Source of the DNA: Podarcis erhardii
Taxonomy: Eukaryota
Direction: 5' to 3' (one strand)
Length of the DNA stretch: 64,000 nt
Assembly (NCBI GenBank): GCA_964252035.1
Contig: OZ176205.1
The stretch's first letter is position 1. Each line of letters starts with the position of its first letter. A program made the position numbers and the translations under genes. The notes below the pieces were generated by a model. It did no database searches and was not told the origin of the DNA. It worked only from the letters and a program-made list of their open reading frames with translations. Shown one piece after another: positions 1-10,033 of the stretch.

Positions 1-76
1 CCTCTTGCGCATTGCCAAAGACACTCAAGGGCAACCGGGCTTTCAAAAACACGAGCACTTTAAATACATATATATC

Positions 77-110
77 ATTATTATTATTATTATTATTATT
101 TTATTATTAT
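77..110. repeat. (ATT)n microsatellite with one interruption
   Basis: Direct inspection. Confidence 0.9.
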
Positions 111-1509
111 GTTTATAATCCCCTCCAAAAAAACCCCTCTAATATATCCCTATAGGAAGACGGAAAGCAGTTCACAGTGTTTGGCCTTTGCTTGAAACAT
201 TTTTATGATTTATCTTAATTTTTAATTGAAAAAAAACTTGTGAATTAATTGATTTCTGGGGCTTGCCAATTAACATTGTAATTGGGTGCATGATAAATTC
301 TGAGGCAGTGTAATTTTTTATTCTTGTCACCAAGAGGGGCTTGGTGAGGGCAGCTTTTTTCTGCATGTCCCCTTGCATAGAATGTACTCTACCTCCAAGG
401 TACAGCCTTGCTTACTGCTACCAGCTTCTTCAGAAAGAGAGATCAGTAACCTATTCAGCTTTGCAAAATGGGATCTCTCAAAGGCATAAATTCATGCCTG
501 GTAGATCTGAAGGAGAGGGCAGTTCCCTCACAAGGTTCTTTTCCTTCTAGTTTTCCCTTCCCATTCCGCAGCATATACCTAATCAATGCTTCCTCCATTC
601 AGTTATGGCTTAGAAAAGTGAAAGTCTTGAGTTGTTGCTCCTGAAGTAGTGTTGCCCAGTTGCAACTCTGGGAATATGCATATACCTTTGGATCTCCCAG
701 TGCAATAGCAAATGAGGCAGCCAGAGCTTATTCCATCTATTCCATCCATTCTTTCTCTGCACACTTGGAGCCCTGCTTGCCAGCTGGTGGGTAGAAGAAG
801 GGGGGGCAGAAAGACTATGGCTACATTGCCTCCCACTTCTTGGAGGTGGTGGGGCTTCAAAATATATGAATATTTTGCAGGACACAACCTGGCAATACTA
901 TCTAAAAATAAGTTTGGCAATGGAGAGAAATAGAGGTGTTGTCAGGGCCTGGCCATTATGCTTTGGTAAGGGAATATGCACCACTCTGCTATGTAACATT
1001 TGAGTTGGCAGGTGGAGGAGATGCCCATCTTTAAAGTTTAGAGGATACTTGTGAACCATTACCCAAATGCTCAGGTTAAAGGCCCTTTTCCCACTCTCAT
1101 TCATTACCCATTACTCAAAGACCCTGTAGGCAGAACAGAAAGAAGAGGTGAAGAGGGTATACATAAAGAGGAATGGAGAGTCAGCCCTTTAGAATTTCCA
1201 GCCAATAGAAGACTTACCAGCTTCTGCATAGTCCAGTGCTGTTAGCTGAAAGGTAAAGGTTACCAGAACGCCACTAGCAAGGAGATACGGCACCACAAAC
1301 CTGTGTGTGGCACAACATCATTGGAGTCCAGCAGAGTCCACAAACTGTGCATAGACCAATGCTATCACTAAACCTAATGTGGTTTAGTCTTTGCCTCATC
1401 GCTAGTTTATGTTCAGTGCAGATGAAGATGATTAATTATTATTATTAATTTTGTTTAGGAATCATTTAATTTATTAATCATTCCCATATATAAAACATAA
1501 AAAACAACC

Positions 1510-1558
1510 TCTGAGTCAGTCACGACTGGACCTAATGGTCAGGGGTCCCTTTACCTTT
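1510..1558 (-). mobile_element. Sauria SINE 5' fragment
   Basis: Reverse complement reads aaaggtaaagggacccctgaccattaggtccagtcgtgactgactc, the characteristic Sauria SINE 5' end as recalled. Confidence 0.8.
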
Positions 1559-2143
1559 TTACCAGCACCTTGAACCTATCTCAGTAGCTAATTGGCAGCC
1601 AGTGTACATACAGATGTACATGCAGTCAATAGGTTTTACATTGATTGCTTCAGCCTTTGAAGGCATCCTACTTTCAGTGCGGAAATTGACAGTTATGCTG
1701 TAGTTAGCTACTGTACCTTTATTCATGAATATGTCAGCCTCTCTCCAGACTTAAGCTCATATCATCAACTTTCATGCTTCTCCATTTTCTTGGGTACAGG
1801 TATGCTACCTTTAGAGTGGTGTATGCCCGAAAGAGTGTAAGTGAATGTTTCTTTTTCAAAAGAAAAGGCCAAGTAATTTTTACTTTGTGTTGAGTGTGGC
1901 CATCTTCTCTACAAACTCTTCAGCTATGCCTCTGTCAACATCCTGTGGTTTTGACAGGATCCTGATACACAAAATTTGCAGAGGAAAAGCTTTTTCTGGC
2001 ATAGATATAAGTTGTTGGAGGAGCTTCACCTCCTTAATTGCTGTGTCACAGGCTTCTATTATAAGCACAGAAGCAAGAGGAGTTTGTTTTTTAAGGGTGG
2101 CAAGTTGTTTTGTGTTGTGATTTCAAACTTCTGTTCTTGACAA

Positions 2144-2494
2144 GGGAGCAGATAATGCTGTGGTCTAAACCTCTTGGGCTTGCTGATCAGAAGGTCGGCA
2201 GTTCAGGTCAGTGTGACAGGGTGAGCTCCTGATGCTCTGTTGCAGCTCCTGCCAACCTAGCTGTTTCGAAAGCATACCAGTGTGAGTACATAAATAGACG
2301 AGAAGGTAAACGGCGTTTCTGTGCACTCTGACACTTGTCACAGTGTCCCATTGCACTGTGCTGGCCACATGACCCAGAAAGCTGTCTGCGGACAAACTCC
2401 GGCTCCCTTGGCCTGAAGCGAGATGAGCGCTGTACCTAATAGTCAAGTTTGACTGGACTTAACCATCCAGGGGTCCTTTACCTGTACCTTTACC
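2144..2494 (-). mobile_element. Near full-length Sauria SINE
   Basis: Reverse complement has ggtaaaggacccctggatggttaagtccagtc...gggtcatgtggccagca...ctaggttggcaggagc...gaccttctgatc. Possible TSD ttgacaa (2137-2143) / ttggcaa (2495-2501). Confidence 0.9.
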
Positions 2495-2582
2495 TTGGCA
2501 AACTGAATTCGTGCCCTGCCATATTTGCTATTGAGATGGGTCAGAGACCTGATTGTGACATTAGTGAAAATGGAGACATGGT

Positions 2583-2697
2583 GTGGTATTCAACTAAGTT
2601 TTATTCACAGAAGACCCATTTAAATTAATGACCATGATTAAGTTTGGTCCATTAATTTCAGTGTGTCTACTCTGAATAAAATTGAGTTGAATACTAC
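2583..2697. mobile_element. Palindromic MITE-like repeat
   Basis: Left arm gtattcaactaagttttattcacagaagacccatttaaattaatg is the imperfect reverse complement of the right arm cattaatttcagtgtgtctactctgaataaaattgagttgaatac. Confidence 0.7.
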
Positions 2698-2754
2698 CCA
2701 TGTCCTCTGTTGTTGCACCTCTTCAGTACTGGGACATTGAAGCTTGGCCTAACT

Positions 2755-2940
2755 TTGTGGCTGAGATTCTGAATGTGACTGAGCTTGAACTAGGCCTCAG
2801 AACACAAAAGTTCAAGCTCCACCACATTCTCCCTGTATGACATTAAGTGAATCTGGCAACTCATCTGGGCCTCTGTTCCCCATGTGTATAGAAAGGTTAA
2901 TAGAGGTTGTAATTTTAAATTTGTCAGTGATTGTGAGGCC
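2755..2940 (+). mobile_element. Degenerate MIR/CORE-like SINE
   Basis: CORE-like ctgggcctctgttccccatgtgta preceded by a tRNA-like segment. Highly diverged. Confidence 0.4.
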
Positions 2941-3393
2941 ACTTGGACATTTAGTTGTTGAAGGGTGCACCATATGATGAGCAGGTAAGCTAACAAAGTG
3001 AACCCAGGTGCCCTGGTGAAGGGCAGAGTAGGGAGAAGCATGGGCAGCAGAATAGATTGGGCAACTAAGCTCATGGAAAATGTCTCTAAGTTTTTTCCCC
3101 TGCAAGCAAAATTCAACTGTAGGCCAGTCCTTTTGGTGGATTAAAGCTACCAGCTGGAGGATAATTATTCCCCCATTACAGCTACAGTAACAAAGATCAG
3201 TCTCCACATTCCCTTCCCCCTCTTGTCTTTATTTGTCAGACTGGCTTTATGTTTTCCCCCCTCCTGTCGTTTTCTGGGAAGAGTTAAGGAGCTGAATTTG
3301 TTGGGTTTCAACCCATAAGGAAAGGCAAAACAAAGCGGAAACCAAAATATAGCCATTTGGTTAAAAGAAAACACACACCCATGTTTCCCTTTA

Positions 3394-3608
3394 CAGTGGT
3401 ACCTTGGGTTACAGACGCTTCAGGTTACAGACTCTGCTAACCCAGAAATAGTACCTCGGTTTAAGAAATTTACCTCAGGATGAGAACAGAAATCGTGCGG
3501 CAGCAGCAGGAAGCCCCATTAGCTAAAGTGGTACCTCAGGTTAAGAACAGTTTCAGGTTAAGAACGGACCTCCAGAACAAATTAAGTTCTTAACCCGAGG
3601 TACCACTG
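3394..3608. mobile_element. Tc1/mariner (Tigger/pogo-like) MITE, 215 bp
   Basis: 18-bp TIRs CAGTGGTACCTTGGGTTA / TAACCCGAGGTACCACTG (17/18 match) with flanking TA at 3392-3393 and 3609-3610. Confidence 0.92.
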
Positions 3609-4129
3609 TACTTTATCACTGAGTTGATCTTATGGTGCAAGTGGATTCTTGGATTCATGGATTCTTATCCTGAATCTGCTGTGTACAAATTGGAGATTAC
3701 TGGCTATCGTGAGCTTGTGCAAGTGTTATTTTGTGTGGGGTTCCCCCACTGATAAATATAGTGCAGGCTAATGGTCACTGGTCCTCCTGATTTACAGGTT
3801 CTTGGTTAGGGTTGTAACAAGAGGGCAAGAGATCACTATGGCCTGATTTTAGTGTGGGCAAGTCAATTGCTTGTATTGGAGTTTGGCTGCTTCAGCAGAT
3901 GTACCATTTCTACCCTGCTGCTGATGTGGGGAAGTGCCGAGATGAGTCTCTTGGGGCTAGCATTTGCTTAGCATTGAGTGCCAAGCTTTTTAAAGTCTAC
4001 CCCATTCCCTGCAGCACTACCCTCCCATTTTGTGAGGGTAGATTTGTTTTCTGCTTAGTTCTTTGATGGTCAGGTGGTTGCTCTCCCCAACACAACTGTG
4101 CTATTACTATAGTAATTCTACTATTACTA

Positions 4130-4250
4130 TTATTATTTATCAAAATTTCTATACTACCCTTCATCTGAAGATCACAGGGTGGTTTACAGTATAAAAGCAC
4201 AAAAATGCATAACATTATACAGTAACAAACAAAAGCAATAACCCCTCCCC
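4130..4250 (-). mobile_element. L2-type LINE 3' tail
   Basis: tttatcaaaatttctatactacccttcatctgaagatcacagggtggtttacag is the reverse complement of the same tail type seen at 40100-40180. Confidence 0.6.
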
Positions 4251-4771
4251 ATAGACTTTCTCACTGTAACAGAATTGCCTGTGCTCCAATGTGTGGACTG
4301 ACTATTCTGCTATTGTCTCTGAATGGTAGAATTAGTGCAAGGATAGAAGTGTGGTTGGGACATCCATTTACTTACTGTTATAACAAGCCCTCAGAAACCT
4401 TTACTCTACACTTTCTAGGCAGAAATCCCAAATAGTTGTTTGCTGTGATTCAGTTTTAAAGAGCAGATTTTTGGGGGAAAGCTCCAGAGCAAAAAATAAA
4501 AGGGTGTGTGTGTGTGCTCGGACACAGAGCTTTAAAGTGTGGACCTGTTCCTGGAAAGAGCGGAGCAAATGGTAAGTAAGAATAAGCCCTAAGTCAAAAT
4601 GAGTAGATGCTCCCTCTCTAATGTGGAGGTCAGGTGGAACTGAATTTATTGAGAAAAAGCTCCAATCCTAGCTCAGACAGCAAAGCACAGAGGCTACACC
4701 TGCCTTAGTACCACTTTCCAGGCAACTCTTACTTAAAGCTTTGGGTTGTTTCCAAATAACTCATCAGCCCG

Positions 4772-4919
4772 AGGATTTCTGCTCATGCAACAGAATTGCC
4801 CCTTTTTTTGTGTGCCCCCCCGTTCCCTTCTCAGATCTTCTGTGGGTGGTTGGGCAGAAACCCAGAACAGATTTAGGAGGGCCTGGGAAAGGGAGTTCCA
4901 TTGTGCAAGCAGAAATCTT
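4772..4919. mobile_element. MITE-like element with imperfect terminal inverted repeats
   Basis: gatttctgctcatgcaacagaattgccc versus gggagttccattgtgcaagcagaaatc. A related degenerate copy lies at ~50029-50159. Confidence 0.5.
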
Positions 4920-5003
4920 TGTGCTGATGGAATGAGCTATTTGGATACCTATGGCTGTACACCATGAAAATATAACAGGGAAGGATAGCAGGCGGGAAAG
5001 AGA

Positions 5004-5214
5004 AGGGTCGTTGCTCAGTAGAGGAACACATGCCTTGTGTGCAGTAGGTTACAGGTTCAATTCCCAGTATCTCCAGTAAGAGCTGAGAAAATATTCCTGT
5101 CAGAAATCCTAGAAAGCTGCTGCCAGTCAAAATAGAGTCTGTACTGTCTGTCTCAGTACTGAGCTAGATGGGCCAATGATTTGACTCAGCATGACAGCTT
5201 CCCATATTCCTATG
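5004..5214 (+). mobile_element. tRNA(Ala)-headed SINE (Squam2-like)
   Basis: A-box-like gctcagtagagg, B-box-like ggttcaattccc, body gctgccagtc...tactgagctagatgggccaatg...ttcctatg. Confidence 0.8.
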
Positions 5215-5633
5215 CATCTATATATATATATTTAATACAGATTGCTGTCAGATTTTTAAATACTGCCTGCATTCATGAAGGCTATAAATGAACTTATTTT
5301 ATATGGAAGTTTGTGTCAAAGCAATGGAACCAACCAACAAAACTCCATGTTCTCTGCTAGTGTCCCTCATTTCATTTAGGTTTGAAGCACATCCATTATC
5401 AAACTATAAGCCAGGATGATTAACAATTTTACATTCATGCTCATGTCATCCTCAGATTTTATTTGGGCTTCTGGGAGGCTGGACTGAAGAAAAGTAAAAA
5501 CAGACTTTTAGACCACTTTATGTTTTATCTAAAAGTGGCAGTGTGCAGACTCACTGTACTTATCCCCATTTGGCAAGCAATATTTTTCTCTCATGTTGGA
5601 GCATTTTCCCAGTGACTACTAGCTGATATAGGC

Positions 5634-5641
5634 CACACACA

Positions 5642-5679
<38 letters not shown>

Positions 5680-5686
5680 ACACACC
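5634..5686. repeat. (CA)n microsatellite
   Basis: Direct inspection. Confidence 0.95.
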
Positions 5687-6184
5687 AAATCCCTGCTTCC
5701 TTCATGTTGAGCCTTCCCATGGAACAGTCACTGATTAAAAGTGACATTTAAAATTTCCGGTTTACTTTTTCACTGCCTCTGTTTATTGCCTCTCCCCCTC
5801 CTTCCCGCACACACACACACTTCATATGGTTGAAGCCAGCTCACTGCCCCTATTCCATTGTAGTACCTTTTGCTATTGGATGTCATTGTGTAAGTAGTGC
5901 ATTCCAAGGTAAAATGTTGTTATTCCAAAAAGGAATTCTTATCAAGAGGCTTAATTTTAAACGCTTCTAAAACCAATAAGGCAGGCTGCTATTAAGACGC
6001 TGAATGAGGTGTCAAGAGTTTCACTCACTCACTTGGTGTCAGCTGGAGCTAGGAAAGCTCATGACCTCTTTAAAGCAGATGCCTCAGGATAACCCTCAGA
6101 CTGCCCGGTGAAACGACTCGCTTAACACTGGGAAAGACAAGGTGTGAATGTCCATGTTCTATGCATATTGATCATAATTTGGAT

Positions 6185-6260
6185 ATAAGGAACGGTTTTA
6201 TACTGAATTAGGCTAGTGGTCCATTTGGCCCAGTAGTGTCCACTGCTCTTCAGGAAGACC
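6185..6260 (-). mobile_element. CR1-type 3' tail fragment
   Basis: ataaggaac...ctagtggtccatttggcccagtagtgtc resembles the reverse complement of the CR1/SINE 3' terminus. Confidence 0.4.
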
Positions 6261-8321
6261 AAGTAGGGCCTCTACAAGTAGAGCTATCAGATGTCAGGCA
6301 AGACTTGGGAAGGGAGTTCATAGTCGTGCATCTCTAGATAGCTGGGACTCTTGTGCCATTGACAATTTAGAACACACTTTTAATTAGTTTGTAGAAAAGA
6401 AATGTATTTTAAGAAAATTAATGTATTTTTTTAACAGCAGAAAATGAGGTCCACTCTAGATTGGAGTACTAAAAACTATATTTATTGCATGAAAGAGAGC
6501 AAGTAAGATGATGACTTATGTGGACCAAGTGGTGATCATAGAAGCAGAAGTTGCAAAGGTTCCCCCACCCCAAGATTAAATATTCAAGAGGATAATAGAT
6601 TGTTGAGTTATTGTATAACTCCCATTCATTTACATGTGGTTTCTCTTGGAGAACTTCCCAGTTGACTTGCTCTTTGCCAAATATTAAATTACTCTTTGCA
6701 GTCTGAGTGTTCAGGATCAGTTGTGTTACTCAGTAAAAGTGTGATCCTATGGCTTTGGAATGACATCCTGGGGGCCATAGGATATAGCAGATCTTCTCCA
6801 CCATTGGTAGAGAGGGAGGTCTGCCATCAGAGAGGGACCCCAGGATGCTTCCTTATAGTGGTGGCAGAGAGCTGTGTTGTTGGTACTCCAATAACAGAAA
6901 GAACAAGGGTGTGGGTTTCCTGGGCACATTGGGGGAAGCTTTGGATTCAGTGGATCTAAAGCTCCCTACTGGGCATGCCCTTGGAACAGGAAATAATGAT
7001 TCCCCTCCCATTAGAGTCTATAGAGCTTTCCCCACCCTCTGCTGATGTGAGCCCAGCAGGGCTGGGAATCTGGTGTTTCTTCTTCCCCTCCCCAATAGGA
7101 TTGCTTTGTAAATATGTGCTTCTGCTTCATAACAGATGTGTTTGCAACATAGCCAAATACTAACACATATATTTGTGTGTAGAAAGTGGATCAACATGGA
7201 AACAATAATTTTTCTTAGAAATATGCAAAGCCCCAAGAACGAAAATCTTACCCACAAACTCCCCCTTAGCCTCATTAGGGGATGATAGCTATTCCCCATC
7301 TGTTAATTCCTGCCTCTTTGTGATCTGCTGCTGCCTAAAAGGGGCAAGTAAGTTGTGCTATCATAATGAACTGGATAAACAATTCCCCAAACAGATTAAA
7401 ACTAACTGTAACTTGTAAAGGGTGGGAGGATGGGGGGTACGTAGTAATTATATTTTATTAGCTAGCAAAGCACCATTTTTTGCTTTCAAAGGATAATTCT
7501 ATGTAAATCATCTTAATTAGAAGTGTCAGACAAACCTGTGAAGATCATAGTTAGCAAGTAATTTCCTATGTATGGGTTATAATTTAAACCACATGGATCG
7601 CTCGCTGTGTGGCAATATGCTGGCCATGAAATAATGTGGGGAGTGTCGGTTGAGGTTATTACTATGTAAATGTGTGATCATTTCAGACCGCTCCTGACTT
7701 GCTTTGTGATTAAAGAGAATTCTGAGGTCTCCAAAGATTGTGCTCTTTGCAAGGGCCTGGAGCAGAAAACTTTAAAAGGTGCTGGAAAGTGTTTGAACTT
7801 TAAAGGTCGTGATTTCCCTTTTACCATTTTTAATTTGCCACCACTGTTTATGGGAAGGAAGGTTTCTCTTTGCTTATGGCCTCTCACTTTCCCAACCATC
7901 AGGCTAGCGATTAATGATTTGGTCTTGGAAGGACTGGACAAGAGAGAGTGTTGCCGCTTTACACAATACATTTACCTATGCACATAACTTACCTGTGTGT
8001 TTAAAAACACGATCTCTGACTTGGTTCTTTAATCCCAGAAGAAAATGCTGAAATGGAGGCGTCAGCCTGTTCTGGGTTTTGTGTTCTTATAATGAAGCAA
8101 CAGATATGCAATACTTTTAGGAGGAATGGTCCCTTGGCCTGACCTGGTAAGACTGTATTAATGCACTGAAGTGTGACCCACAAAAATCACATTCTAATTC
8201 TCTAGATGAATTAATCTGGACTAGTTACCGCTAGTTAAATGATCTTCAGCATGTGCTGTTACTACTGAGAGTAGATCAGAAGCACTTATACTCGTCCTCA
8301 AATATTGTCAACTTGCTTTAA

Positions 8322-8660
8322 CTGTGCTCATCATCTTGAGACCCTTCTTTGTGTGCCCCCTACACAAGAGGCCTGGAGGGTGGCAACACAGGAGCGGGCC
8401 TTTTTTTGCTGTGGCTCCGTTTGTGGAGTGCTCCCCACAGGGAGACTCACCTGACACCAGGCAAAAGCTTTGGCCTTTTAATTATCTGTGGACTTTTAGA
8501 AGTGTGTGGGATGTTTTTAATGTATTTCTCTTTCCTTTTGGTTTTCATGTATCCATGTGGGGTGTAATGTTTGTTTGTTTGTTTGTTTGTCCATTCATTT
8601 GTAAGTTGCTTTGGGTTGCCCTGGGCATTGAAGCAACTAATAAATTCAATAAATAAAAAT
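8322..8660 (+). mobile_element. L2 LINE 3' fragment with embedded (TTTG)n and AATAAA-rich tail
   Basis: ggagggtggcaacacaggagcgggcc...gtggctccgtttgtggagtgctccccac...tgtaagttgctttggg...aataaattcaataaataaa. Confidence 0.75.
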
Positions 8661-9987
8661 AAGAATCATTCATTTCCTCGCTGCATCATGGAAAGGAAGA
8701 ATTGGTTAAATACCATAAAGCATATTTAACTGCCAGCATCATAGGAACCACATTCCCTTCTGGGCAGTCCTCTGAGAGCCACATGTCAGTGTTGGTCAGG
8801 GCCAAAGGCAAAAGTGGGCAGAGCAATAAATGTGAAGGTAACTTCTGTATGGTAGACTAGTTTCTTCACACTCATGCATCTCTCTCTATCCTCCATCCAG
8901 CCAAGCAAAAGCCCTCAAGGAAGGTGCAAAGCAAGGCTGGTGAGGGGTGTGTCTCAGGAGGATGTATAACCTAGGGAGAGTCCTGAGGGCTATAGAGAGA
9001 GGAATGGTGGGCCACCATTGTTCCCCTGCCCTGAGGAGAAGAGTATGGTGTCTCCATGATTACAAATTTTAAAAACCACTTTTGACAATCAATTAGTAAG
9101 GATTGGTTAGAAAGAAAGAAAATAGTACAAAGAGAGCAAAACTAACTGGAGGGGAATGATGTTAAGTAATGGGCAATCTAACACTGGTTTATGCTGGCCA
9201 GGGGTTTTTTTGCCTTTTTTTGTTTGGGTGGCTGCTACTTTTTAAAATCTCTGCTTTGGCTTCCCGGCAGACATAGTTGAGGGACACAATCCTGGTGCCT
9301 CCCAGGGGAATGAAAGAGCTGTGAACCTGGCACACCCATGACCGCCTCTGACTCAGTCCCAGAACACCCAGTTTGGGGGGCTCCCCACAGTGAAAACATC
9401 TCCAGTGAATCTAGGGGTTGCGATTGCTCTCTAAGTAGGTAAATATCTGCAGTGCAACTATGCAGTCCCAAGTGATTATCTTCATTCTCACACATGCCAA
9501 CACACACAACACACTTCCCTTTTGGTAAGGAATTGGATAACTTGGCCTCCTACCTCCCTGAAGCATGCACAAAAGACCAGCTTTTTGCCAGTGACCCCAA
9601 AGAGTCGCATCGGTTGCTATTGAGAAGGGAGGTAGAATTGAGGTGGAGATGACTTTTGGTCTTCAATTTTTGAGAGGGCTGTGATTGCGACAAAGAAGCA
9701 GTGGTGGCATGGGAAGCTTTGCAGTCCCCAGGAGCCAACACCTTCAAAATACCCTCCTCACTTCGTTTTTCTACACCCAGCCATCTGCCAACAAAAGGCA
9801 GATTAAAGCTAGCCAAATTCAATTTCTACTCACTGCTGCCACAGCTCGACATCTGGGGCTAAAGTGTCCCCGACAAAGCGAACATGACAGCCACATTGCT
9901 TTTTTGTCACATCCAGTAGCATGTTGATCTTCTAAAAGTCTCATAAAAATTTATTGATGTCTCCCATATTGCTGTGATTGGGAAGAA

Positions 9988-9989
<2 letters not shown>

Positions 9990-10030
<41 letters not shown>
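9990..10030. repeat. (GT)20 microsatellite
   Basis: Uninterrupted GT run. Confidence 0.97.

Positions 10031-10033
<3 letters not shown>

Noticed and set aside
4560-4580. Strong donor ATG|GTAAGT as the end of an alternative first exon
   Set aside because: Lies in the dispersed repeat shared with ~19335-19430 and has no promoter features. Splicing to exon 13137 would give ATG-TAA.
5004-5075. tRNA-Ala-like sequences (also ~16514-16580) as tRNA genes
   Set aside because: Degenerate SINE heads continuing into SINE bodies, with no intact cloverleaf.
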